A program made the translations under genes and the position numbers. DNA of 63,964 nt, counting the filler, from Kipferlia bialata (Eukaryota), in the NCBI GenBank assembly GCA_003568945.1. It is 3 parts of 3 records of this genome, joined end to end, with 100 filler letters (N's around TTAATTAATTAA, not from the genome) between each part and the next. Parts side by side here need not be neighbours in the genome. Positions count along the whole stretch, not along the records: positions 23,586 to 47,025 come from BDIP01000257.1; positions 47,126 to 63,964 come from BDIP01000299.1; 1 more part is not named here. One strand, given 5' to 3'. This document shows, piece by piece, positions 41,851 through 53,877 of the stretch (position 1 is the stretch's first letter; each line of letters begins with the position of its first letter). Below the pieces are notes generated by a model, which was not told the origin of the DNA, made no database searches, and was given only the letters and a program-made list of their open reading frames with translations.

Positions 41851-42198
41851 GTAACAAACTGAAAATCCAATGATGTAGAATATGATGTAAACATGTTGTT
41901 CATGCACCAAAATACACAATACCTGGCCGTGGCTCTGCATCACTCATGGTAGACTTGCTTCGGGATGATACTGATGCTGATACTGAGAAGAAGTGGTCCT
42001 GGTATGAATGACGCTTTGGTCACACCTTAATACTGTATAGTGGATCATATGAAGTATACAGAACCGAGGATATCTCTGGATGTAGCCTAGCAGATATATA
42101 TACCACTGTAGCCAGATCATTAATAGATACCCGCAAATGGATACCCTCAATGGCCACCTGTCGACAGTGGATCGCCTCTTCTTCCATCTAGCACAAGT

Positions 42199-43274
42199 AT
42201 GAGTGGATCAGTGAGTGTGTCAGTGACCCCTCAGACGCAGCTGGATGACATGAAGCCTAAGTACGTGCAGCACATGGTGTCCATAGGCCACAATGAGGTG
42301 CTGGTTCTCTACGGAAAGGAGTGGCAGTTTAAGGGGGTGTTGCTCTCCAGGCGTAACAGCACCAGGCCCTTCCGTATGGTGGAGGTCATTGACATCCCCA
42401 AGGGTGTCAATATGGACTCGTCTCCCCCTGTTGTGTATGGGGGCTGTGTGTACATCTTTGGGGGTATCCAGCTGAGTGACGATGGCAAGGGTGGGTGGTT
42501 CAACGCTGACCTGCACATCATGGACATAGCCACAAGAGAGTGGCGGCTGCTATCGCTTCCCAAGCTTTCGGCTGACACTGTGTGGCCCCCAGCTTTTGAC
42601 CAGACCCTATTTGTGGCTGTGGATGATATGCTCTTGCTGTTTGGCGGGATGGACCACAGGGGGGCGTGGTGTGCTTTGAGAGCGATGCATTTCTCTTTGA
42701 CCCAGACACAGAGACATGGCACATGGACCAGCCCTGCTGTCCCTACTTGTGCACCAAGAACGATAGCCATGCCCTCAGCAACAATGGGGGTGCAGGGTAT
42801 GTGTATGGGGATGGGTATCTGGCTACAGTCCAAATACGTCAACGGGAGAGAGAGAGCACAGCCACTGGGTCAAGGTCTGGAGGAACCAGAACAGGTCTCC
42901 CTTGCCTAGTGTGGGAGGCGGAGCCCTCTGTGTCACTCGGAGAGGATGACCCATACGACGGGCTTCTGCCTAGCAGTCTCATCAGCATGGTATGCATGTG
43001 TATATGATCCAGTATGCAGTGGCATGTGAACATAACGCGCTATATACATACCAATGTACACTACTAATATCAGCTAACAGGAGGGCATCTGCATGTATTC
43101 TGCACAGGCACTGGGGCCACATATGACACTGTGTCAGGTGAATGGACAAAGGAGAGACACGCCATTCCAAGTCAGGGATGGTCAACACCCAGAAGTACCA
43201 CGACTAGAGAGGGTGAGATGCTGGTTGTGAGTCAATCCTGGAGTCTATTCCGTGTCTCGGTTGACGAGGAGTGA
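42199..43274 (+). CDS. Kelch-like protein with an apparent frameshift at a G-run (pseudogene or sequencing error)
   Basis: VYGGCVYIFGG...ADLHIMDIATREW; LLLFGG. The kelch pattern continues in another frame (SDAFLFDPDTETW) after G6 at 42659-42664. Final exon YDTVSGEW...VSVDEE*. Confidence 0.65.
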
Positions 43275-43577
43275 GCTTACGTGTGTCATTTAGTGCCACG
43301 GATCTGCAAGAGTCTCTTCAATTTGTCAGAATATGTATCACAGAGATTGCAGTTACAATAGACGATAGTATACGGAATCTACTAGACATGCAAACTAGAC
43401 TTCAAATACCACTGTTTCCAGACACATGTTAGTGTGGCGGAAACTGTAGTGCTTCTATCAAATATATATGCCCGTAATTGACCTGATCTCTATCATTCTA
43501 TAGTATAGACTATACCCTCGGATCTTGGGCAAGCAATTACAAACACTCATCCCCACTGTGCATCCTAGTCTCCCCCT

Positions 43578-44696
43578 TCAGTCACTCTCACTCTCCTCAT
43601 AGCTGCTCTCCCAATCCTCCTCCTCCTCCTCCTCTGTTTCCTCCCAGAACCCAGTCCCCACCATGCTAGTGTGGCACTCAGGCCCTAGGAGATGGGGGTC
43701 AATGTCCACAAGGAGGGTGAAGTCTGGCTCCGAGACCAGTAGTGTTGTCGCGTCGAGCATCACCACCGTCATGATCTGATGATCGTCCATATCCTCAGGG
43801 GTGAGGGGCAAGGGCTCTAGGGGGACCAGGTCCTGGGAGACATAGTCACGCACCCAGCACTTAGGGGGAGGGTCGTCGGGGTGGTCGTCTGTCCCTAGCT
43901 TGGTTATCGTCAGCTCCATGTTCCTTAAAAGAGGCACTCCGACACGAGAGTAGTACCCTCCCCCGTGTGTGTCATCATCAAAGTGGTTCCACTGGTGAAT
44001 CTCCCACTTCCACTTTCCATCGCAGTACTCCATGTGAAAGAGTTTACCAAAGTACATGCGGAACGTGTCTTCAACGACAGTTCCCTCGTCAGACGTCGAT
44101 ACACCTGTAAGAGGAGCATCCTCAGTACGTGTCCACTTCCTCGTCTCCAGGGACCACTCCCACGTGTCGTTGCCAGTGGTATTGGTACTCCTGAGATCCC
44201 CGCCACACACTACCAATGTCTCTCCCAGAGCAAATGTGACGTATCTGTAGCGAGCGGAGGGGCCGCAGCAGACACACATGGGCACATGCTCCCACGTCTC
44301 TGTTGCTATGGAGAATAGAGCCATCCCCATAGACCAGGTCTCTGTAACCCGGTCATATCTCTGTCCAAGGGCTGCGACGTAGTCACTGAGTCTTATCAAC
44401 CTGATGTCTTCTGCGTTATTGAGACTATGGGGTCCATTCACCGTGTGAGAGGTTATGGTCTTGTCAGGGGAGACAGAGAGTATAAGGCACTCCCTCCAAC
44501 CCGGCCCATCTGTCTGCTCCTCGTCTTCGTGAGACCTGACTGTGAATGGGACATATCCACTATTGATTATCAACACATGTACATAGACACGAATGTATAG
44601 AACATCGACAGAGATGGCTGAATACCACTGAGACATAGACCTAAATGTACAGAACTATTCGTGTGATACCTCAATGTCAACACACCTTAATTCCAT
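43578..44696 (-). CDS. Kelch-like protein with acidic C-terminal tail
   Basis: GPSARYRYVTFALGETLVVCGG...NDTWEWSLETRKW; tail EETEEEEEEDWESSYEESESD*. Tentative first exon MELRCVDIE at 44696. Confidence 0.7.
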
Positions 44697-45050
44697 GACA
44701 AAATAGCACATATGAGAGGTACCTGAATGTAGCCAGGAGTCTCCTATCGCCTATTGGAGCAAAGGAGAGGTCGGAATGGTTGTAGTCAGAACAAAGACCT
44801 AGAGGTAAGGGTAGTTACAATGGCAATACCATTCGGACGGCCTTTTCAGCACCCTCTAAAAATGTCTTATTGGCCATACGAGTGCAGATAAGTACTCGAG
44901 GTAGCAAAGTACTCAAAGATAGTATGTCTTGGTCCAATCAGTGTAGTATATATAAATATACATGCAGACAAAGTATACTGCAGGATACATACAGATATGA
45001 CACCCTTACCTGGCAGCTTGGTGCAGTCTGTATACCAGGGGACACCCTGC

Positions 45051-45093
<43 letters not shown>

Positions 45094-46256
45094 GCTGTTG
45101 ACTCTGAACTAATGGGAAATCTCTGGTGTGAGACTGGTACGTAGCTACTATCGATAGCCAATCTATATACGAGGCATATCACTACTACCGCTTCTATAAG
45201 TATAATCGTATTGCTCAGAGGATACGCACACATTGCAATAGGACTGAGGGGGGGGGGGGGCTGAATGTGTATGAGAGAGATGGAGCACTGACTCGTGATG
45301 GTAACTGGGTTGCTAAGGACAGGCCATACGGGAGGAGAGAGCAGGAAGGGCAACAAGACTAGCTAGTATAGATGGTAAATGTCTACGAATACACATATGC
45401 TGATCTCAAACATCACAAGTCATGACACAGTGCGAACCAAAACACACCTAGCAAGGCAACAAGGCAGAGTCGGTTGCGCTTTCCTGCAGTGTCTAGGACT
45501 TATAGAGGGTAAGACGCAAGTGAATGGCAAAGGGGAAACGGCAAAACACTGAGCCCAGATTGAGGGTGTAGTATATTTAACCACCTAGGCGACTGACTTC
45601 CAAAGTGCTCGAGTCTCTCCATATTCCAGTCTCTCTCTGATTAACGTCTCTTCTCTGACTGTCAGGAAGGTGTGTAGGGACATGCAATAATGGCCACACG
45701 TGCCAGATAGGGTCAAGCCCTGGGACGTGCACCTGTAACTGGTAGACTCGTCTAAAGGGCTTGGCTCAGACACCACACATGTATTACCATATTTCACAGC
45801 TCTGTCCTGTACGCTTCACTCCTTTCTTGGGCCACAAATACCCCAACCACACATTTTCCATACATCTCCCATAAGCGACTCAGGATTATGGATGTCTATC
45901 ATAAATTATATCGTGGAGTGACTCCCCTACTGGTGCAGAGAGTCTAAGGAGGCAGGACCTCAAGATGGTGTTCGAATCATACATCCCTGACCCGCATATA
46001 CATATATATCAATATGATAAGGCTGGTGCACGTCCTTCTAATCCCATGTGGTGACCGATACCCCAATTCCCGGCATGCTATACTCATCCATCCCAGGAGG
46101 AGAGACAACAGAGAGGACGGTGAGCAGCCAATCTTACACGATTCGAGCCAGAGCCAGACCAGGAAACAGTATCAGTTTATGGCATTCAAAATATCGCCAT
46201 TCTTACGTCTTGGCCCCTCTCAATCGCATTCTCTTGCACCCATCATGTATACTGAC

Positions 46257-46830
46257 CTATCTGTCCCAGTAGTTCTCGCAGCCACAGTCCTAATGTTAGA
46301 CCTTGTAAGCGAATGGATGCAGACAGAGACACGACCTCCCGTATCACTGTTGATACCTTCTCACGGGTGGACTGGCACGAGTTGCATAGATACATATATT
46401 GGTGATGCATATATATATATGTATATAAATATTAATAGTATATATATTTCTAGAGACGGTTGGTACCTTCTCATGGGTGGACTGACACGAGTTGCATATG
46501 GTGGCACCACACTCTGTTGTCTCCAAGTCACACACATTGATCCAGCTAGCCAGCTCCCAGCAGTGGACACACTTGGTGATCTGTGGGATGCATCTAGGGT
46601 GAGATAGTGGAGAAGGGGGGGTGGGAGGTGATAGCTAGACAGAACAGGACTCAGCGAAGCAATGGAGAAATACTGAGTTCGAGGACATATATAGACACAT
46701 AGACATAATATATAATATATATATATATGTGTGTGGGGGGGGAGGGGGGGGAGTAGATCCACGATGAGAGTAGGCATACCTTTTGCAGAACATCTGCTCA
46801 CATTGGCATGTACTTCCATAGTTCCTGCAT
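46257..46830 (-). CDS. 3' exons of a Cys-rich (putative Zn-binding) protein truncated by the contig end
   Basis: Spliced reading ECRNYGSTCQCEQMFCKR / CIPQITKCVHCWELASWINVCDLETTECGATICNSCQSTHEK / DCGCENYWDR*. Confidence 0.45.
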
Positions 46831-47025
46831 TCTGTGCTGTCTGTGTGTGAGGGGTCATATAGATGCTGGTACTGATACTGATACTGTGTGAGGGGCAATG
46901 GCTCAGACGATGAGTGAGGGTGAGGGGTCAGACGATGAGGGGGGGGACATTGAGGGTGGGACTCTCTAGAGTACTATATATGGAGGGGAAGGGGGGGGGG
47001 GGGGGGGGGGGGCAGGTGGGGCCCC

Positions 47026-47125
47026 NNNNNNNNNNNNNNNNNNNNNNNNNNNNNNNNNNNNNNNNNNNNTTAATTAATTAANNNNNNNNNNNNNNNNNNN
47101 NNNNNNNNNNNNNNNNNNNNNNNNN
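47026..47125. other. Artificial contig-joining spacer
   Basis: N-TTAATTAATTAA-N. Confidence 0.97.
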
Positions 47126-47357
47126 GTTTTGTGTGTTTTGTGTGTTGCCCCCCCCCCCCCCCCCCCCCCCGAACCGACCCCTCCCCCTCCCCCATTGCCT
47201 CCCATCCATATATGTTCAGTCACTTTGTACCCTATTATACGTTGGAGGAACAGTCCACCCCCCTTTTCTCAATACACATCTTGTTGTTGCCCACAGTGAC
47301 TGTGACAGTCTCTATACTGTTCCTCTTTCTGCCATCTGACTCTCTCATATTTGTGTA

Positions 47358-48620
47358 ATGTCTGTGTATATACCACTGCATACTAAGCCAAGTATTATCA
47401 ACTTCTCCTGAATAGTAATTCTTATACTAGTGTATACTCATATTGCTTTTCCTCATTATCTATATAATTATCGTATTATTCTCTGTGTCCCTACACATTT
47501 CATCCCTAACCTAGACTCCAATGCACTCTGTAACCCTGCCGAGTCTGGCAAGGGTACAACCAGGGCATCTGTCTGTTGGATAGCCTTGTGGGTATGTGTC
47601 TCTGTTGTAGTGCTCGGTGGGTCATGCATGGTCATTGGAGCAGTCTTGGCCGGTCCCAGCTCTACACCTTCTGTCTCTGCAGTCAAGACCTACCCTGACT
47701 GGGTCACCTCTGTATCTGCTAGCAGTCCCCGCCCCACCACATCACCTTCTCTACCTGCCTCTACCTCTGCCCTCACTGTGCTAGAGTACTACATATCTGA
47801 GGCCATAGGATTCACCATCACCATCCCTGCCACCACATGCTGGGCCACTGTCGACTGGGAGGATGGGACCACCACTCAAGTGACATCCTGTGTTGATGAG
47901 ATATCACACACCTACTCCGAGAGGGGCTTCTACAGCATATCCATCCAGGGCCAGATTGAGTCACTTCTGTTCGATGGGGACGGCTCCCTCATCAGCGTCA
48001 AGGAGTTATGCTCCGGGGTCACTGCCCTCTCCTTCCAGCGGTGCTTCTACCTGACCTCTGTACCCAGTGACATGGACGTCTCTCTAGTCTCTGACATGTC
48101 ACACATGTTCCAGAACTGCGTTGTCTTGATTGATCTTGACCTCTCTGGGTGGAACACAACCAGTGCGACTGATATGACAGGTATGTTTGACTTCTGCTGG
48201 AGACTGCAGAGCCTAGACCTCTCCAACTGGAACACGACGGGTGTCACCCACATGGGGGGTATGTTCGAGGACTGCTCAGCACTGTCTAGCCTGGATCTGA
48301 CTGGGTGGGACACTAGCAGTGTGGTGAGCATGGACGACGAGGACCTGGGCGGTATGTTCCAGTACTGCCGGTCCCTTACCCACCTCGACATATCCCACTG
48401 GGACACGAGCAGCGTGACTGACATGGGTACACTCTTCTACGAGTGCGAGTCCCTCAACAACCTCGACCTCTCACACTGGGACACTAGCAACGTCAGTGAC
48501 ATGTACATGATGTTCAGTGGCTGTGAAGGGCTGACAGACCTCGATATAGCAGGGTGGGAGACTGACCAGGCCGATACTAGGGACATGTGCGATCACTGTC
48601 CAGGGTGCGATATCATGTAG
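47358..48620 (+). CDS. Membrane-anchored PKD-like domain + BspA/DUF285-type leucine-rich repeat surface protein
   Basis: N-terminal TM (IALWVCVSVVVLGGSCMVIGAVLA), Ser/Thr/Pro stalk, PKD-like VDWEDGTT...SHTYSERGFYSISIQG, then about six 26-aa repeats LDLSxW[ND]T[ST]xVTDMxxMFxxC. Probable first exon at ATG 47358. Confidence 0.88.
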
Positions 48621-49010
48621 AGAGATACATGTAGTGGGTATATATATTCGTAGAATTGTGATTATAGAGTCCGCCTCCCAGTAATAGGAGGGTTCAATAG
48701 AGAAATACAATGTCGAATACCTAATCTCTCTACTGAACTTGAAGTACCAACATCAATGCAGACATCACATACTGACACACCACCTACTATCCCTGTCTAT
48801 TAGGTATGTGTCTTCATCGTCAAATACAACACATAACTAGAAATACAAATAGGAACACCAAGCACACACATACTATTGTAGGCTGTAGGCTAAACCCTAC
48901 TTACAAGGGCCTGTATGTGTCACTTGAAAACTAAGTGAAAATGAAAATGTAAATGCAAACGAATAGTCCTAGAAAATGGACTAATACTGAGTAGTGTCCT
49001 AACCCATGGG

Positions 49011-51307
49011 TTAGAAGTGGCCTGGCCCCTGCCGGCTAGTTGATAGTCTGACATCGAGGGAGGAGTCAGTATGCCCCACACTGAGTGTCTGTGAGTGCGA
49101 GTGCGAGTTGACACGGGTTAGGGGGTGGATACCACACTTGGGGAGACCTCCCTCGAAGTATGGGCCAGTGACCTGGGACAGAGAGGAGGAGCGGTGTCTA
49201 TGGGTGCTGGGCCTGCGGCGCTCGGTGGGTCGGAGGGCGATGCGGACTGCGTTCCCGATACCCCCCTCCAGACCCCCTGGGGGCACCCCGAACCTACTGT
49301 GCTGGTGGCCACTGCTACATGCGACAGGGGCGTGCATGTTGACAAAGGTCCGACGCCCACTGACCTTGATGGCAGTCTTGGCCTCCCTCTCTCCCTCTCC
49401 CTCTCCCCTGTTCTCTTCTGCCTCTTGCTTCTGCTTGAGATCTGCCCTGTACTGCTCAGATGCGGCCCACAAATGGGTGTAGAGCTTGGTGCGGTGCATC
49501 TCTGAGCCAACCCTGCCCAGGAAGTGGCTGCACCTGGGGGGTGAGAGAGAGACCGGTGTGTATACTACTCACTTAGATATATGCTAACCTCCTCTTCTGC
49601 GCTATGAAACCGACAGCCTCGGCACCTAACCAGAAGGTGCACAGGGAGGCAATTAACACTGGGGTGAGTGGGGTATGACACATGTGCATACATATATGTA
49701 TCACTGTGACCCTCACCTCCCATAGGTTCGAATCCATGCCAGCTAAACACCCCTGAGAGGCATATGCCCTTGGTGCACAGCCAGTCAGGGAGGTACTGCC
49801 ACACGGCAGGGTACCCCTCCCCCAGGACCACCCCCTGCAGAGTGCCCAGTATCATGCACACAGTGACACCGGTAGCAGAGGACAGCATGATCATGATGGA
49901 TAATGATCTCAGGGTGGATGTGGGGCTGTCATTGAGCCCCACCGTGCCTGTGGTGATGCGGGCACTGTACACCATCAGAACAGGCATGGCCCATAGCACC
50001 AGCAGCACTCGGGAGTGGATGCAGGCTGCCACCGACCCATAGACAAAGGCTATGCACATGTAGCCTGGTACTAGGGGGCTGGAGTCGCAGAGGGCAAGGC
50101 CTATGAGACTGCGGCAGTGCGGGAGGATGATGCGTGTGACGATGGAGACAGCTAGGGTCACCCAGGGGCCGAAGCTGCACAGCCAGACCCACAGAGAGGA
50201 CTCGGGGGGTAGGGTGGTATATGCGCTAGGAGCCACAGCGTACTTGTCCAGATGTACAAACCAGGAGATTGTGAACCTGGGGTGAGAGATTGCCCGTATC
50301 TGTACCTAAATAGACACCTAGATGAAGAAATATACTGTTAGAGCCAGGTATGTATAACAGAGGAGATAGAGATACCTAGTGAGAGCGACAATGGACATTG
50401 CTGCGTTCCCATACATCCCAGCCATGGGCCCCCTCTGTCTGGGCCTACCCGCAATGGTCAGTGAGTACACAACTATCAGGATCTAGGGTGAGGGGGCACA
50501 AATGCTGCATACTATATATCGATTGATAAGGACCCAGGATGAGGGGTAATATCATATTTATACTTATACATGTAGACCCACCTTTGTGACAAGTATGTGT
50601 CCTCCAAAGAATAGAGTGGTAACCATCCAGTAGGGATATGCAATGCTCCTAGGACCAGGTACAAAGTGAGACACAATAGCGCCTGTGATGAGAACTATAA
50701 TATATATATAGCATAAGAACAAGGATATTCCCTACCTACGAATGATCCCACCAGTATGCCGAATAGCCTAAAGTGACCCTCTAGGATAGTGAGGACACGG
50801 GGCACACCCTTACGGCTAGGCGTAGTGGCCACATAGCTGTTGTATATGAGCTTGCCACCTGCCGCCTTGGCGATGTGGGCTGACCTGGAGGTGAGACTGG
50901 TACAGGAAGGTATCACAGTGCATACACGTATACAATATACAATATAGTATAGAGTATGTACCTGACAGCCATTGGGGATGGCAGGGATGCTATCTCACTT
51001 TCTATATATACACACTGTACATACACTGTGATATACATACCTGACAGCCATTGGGGATGGCAGGGATGCGTCCCAAGAGGCCAACAGCCACATGGCACTC
51101 TCCTTGCCTAGGGGTGAGGGTGACAGAGAGAGAGATTGGATATACTCTTGTGAATATTACTCACACATTGAGGTACATCATTCTTATGCCCCCCCCCCCC
51201 CCAAATGTCACTGGGTAATATATATATACATATACACTGATATACATGCACACAATACATACCTCTCCCCGGTGTCATTGTGTTAGTGATTGAGATAATA
51301 TATACAT

Positions 51308-51346
<39 letters not shown>

Positions 51347-51798
51347 CATTAATATATTCCCACCTCTGCCCGGTGTCATTGTGTTGGTGATTGTGTTCAT
51401 GGACAGCACAGACACACACATATATATGTATACTAATATATATACAATTATACATGCATACCTCTCCCTGGTGTCATTGTGTTGGTGATTGTGTTCATGG
51501 ACAGCACAGAGAGCACGAACAGACCCACCACAAAGGACACAAACGCCTGAGGGTCAGCAGGTAGGAGGGGCACATAAAGAGTACCATACCGATTTTATGG
51601 AGCAATATATATACTTAATATCCGGAAACGAACCAGCATTGAGTAGACCACCCCGTCTTCCTCTTCCCTGTTCCAATATGCGATGAACTCTAGTACTGCC
51701 GAGGGTATCAGGGCTATGGATACACGCCTCATGGCACGGTCGCCCTGGCTGGCATTCCAGCCTGAGGTGAGGGGGAGAGGGAGGGGGAGCGGGAGGGA

Positions 51799-51847
<49 letters not shown>

Positions 51848-52369
51848 GGTGATATATGTATGTATGTATATATATATATATGTATATATATAACAATGCC
51901 CACACTAGTGAAGTGCGTGCAGCAGACACAGCATCTAGCAACATAGGTCCATCAGTATACGCAACACTCGCGTCTACTCCAGTCTCCACAAACACTGACC
52001 TGGCTCCTGTTCCCTCTCTGCCCACAGTATCAGGTCGAAGGTACCACCCTCAACGTCATTCAGTACACCCACATACACATAGATGTCACCGTGTTTCCGA
52101 CCCCTGGATAGAGTGATACGTGGTGGCTGGAGGTGAGCATAGGAGGGAACGGAGGAAGTGCATACACAATGGGTATATATGATATGATTGAGAGACCCCG
52201 ATGGGTGCGTGCATGCATCTCGTGTCCTCACCCTCTTGGAGTGTGTGGCCGTCAGAGACTGGGACACATCCACCACAGGCCGAAGGTACAGGGGTTCCGA
52301 TATGTCCATCTGACTCTCCTCCCTCTCCCTCTCTCGGTCTGGGCGGCGGAGCCGAGTGCGAAACCGCAT
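49011..52369 (-). CDS. Multi-exon hypothetical polytopic membrane protein
   Basis: ATG 52369 (MRFRTRLRR...). Several hydrophobic exons (AFVSFVVGLFVLSVLSM; LWVWLCSFGPWVTLAVSIV; VLLVLWAMPVLMVYSA) bounded by cccag/gt sites; Ser/Arg-rich last exon. Confidence 0.55.
51801..51846. repeat. Intronic poly-G tract
   Basis: About 46 consecutive G. Confidence 0.95.
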
Positions 52370-52552
52370 CTAGGGCTCCTCTCTAGGGCTCCTCAGACAA
52401 GTATACTCTACTATATCACCGTGCAGGTCACGAGTAGGGTAGAGAGCCCGTTGCCCAACACAAGGTTAAGCTACCCCATGCTGAACCCTTCTTTCCTGCA
52501 CTGATCTCATGGGAGACACCACTCTACACGACCTCTACAGACACACAAGTCA

Positions 52553-53580
52553 ATGGAGAAGAGGTAATACAACGTCGGGTGTATGTGAAACTGTTATCTG
52601 TCTGTGCTTTTGTCGTGGTGGTGATGTCCACGGTAGACTCCCCTCTCTGTCGACACTCTGTAAACACAAGGGTGACATGGAGAAGGAGAGTGTGTATGTG
52701 TTCCTCACCCCAGGCCCATATCTGCCCAGCAGCTGCAGGAGGACTCCTGGGCCCTGGCTGTCAATATACTGAAGGGAGACTTCCGGCCCACATTTATCAT
52801 CGGCATTTGGCGAGGTAAACAGTACCCTCTTCCACTTGCATACGTATACATTCTGTGCCTCACCGCCAGGCGGGTGTCCCGTTGGGATGTCTGTGCACGA
52901 GATGCTGGACTACTTTGGGGTCAAGGCAGACCACATAGCCATCAGAACCAGGTCATACACAGGGATAGACCAGAGGATGGGGCAGGTGGGTTAACAGCTT
53001 CTGGTCCCCCCTACCCAATCCCAATTTCACGTGACATCATCTCTCTGAGAGAGTCTCTCCATTGTTCCAGTGCCATCTACCATCTTCCCGTGTCATGACT
53101 TACCATAGGTCGAAATCAGTGGCCTCAGCTACGTCATAGAGCACTGTACCGCCGCTGACCGACTACTGATATGTGACGATGTCTGGGACACCGGCCTCAG
53201 CATAGAGGCTGTGCTCAAAGAGATCCGAAGCAGGTAGATGTATTAGATCTAAGTCATCGCAATGCACTCTATACTACTCTTGTGTGCCTCTCACACAGGT
53301 GCCGTGACAACACTCCCTGTGACATCCGAGTGGCAGTGCCGTACTTCAAGTCGGGTAAGGGGAACCATATATGCGATGGAGGGTATGATATTCAAGAGAT
53401 TCACTCCCAGGCAAGAACAAGACCGAGAGTGTCCCCGACTATTTCATTCACGAGACCGATGAGTGGCTGATGTTTCCTCATGAGATGAATGGCTATACCA
53501 AGAGAGAGATCCTCGAGAACAAGCCTGGTTTGAAGGAACTTCTAGAAAGAATGGGGTCAACAAATCTCTTTGAAGAGTAA
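52553..53580 (+). CDS. Type I purine (hypoxanthine/xanthine-guanine-like) phosphoribosyltransferase, bacterial type, 6 exons
   Basis: Spliced: MEKR/PISAQQLQEDSWALAVNILKGDFRPTFIIGIWRG/GCPVGMSVHEMLDYFGVKADHIAIRTRSYTGIDQRMGQ/VEISGLSYVIEHCTAADRLLICDDVWDTGLSIEAVLKEIRSR/CRDNTPCDIRVAVPYFKS/GKNKTESVPDYFIHETDEWLMFPHE...EE*. PRPP-binding motif LLICDDVWDTGLS. Confidence 0.9.
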
Positions 53581-53877
53581 CGGTAACAGTTCCTCAGGAA
53601 ACGATGGCCGCATGGTCTTGTCGTGTTGTTGAAAGAGTACTAAAATGGATTGGTTTGTGATTTAACTTAGCAGTAGAATTAAACCCTTTTGCTAGGTTTA
53701 GTGTTTCCATCATAGCTGGTCTGACAACCCATGACCGATCCTCTCTAAGGAGCTTGAGAGGTATGACTGGTGTTTTAGTGCAGTTTCCTGCTCTATTCTG
53801 GAATTATTGTAGTTATGTGGTAGTTTGCGCCTTTTATATTGAGTTTTGCGGATTTGTATTTGTTTCTGATTTGTCAG

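Noticed and set aside
44870..46250. Scattered short ORFs and possible exons
   Set aside because: Could not be assembled into a consistent spliced reading frame or recognisable domain.
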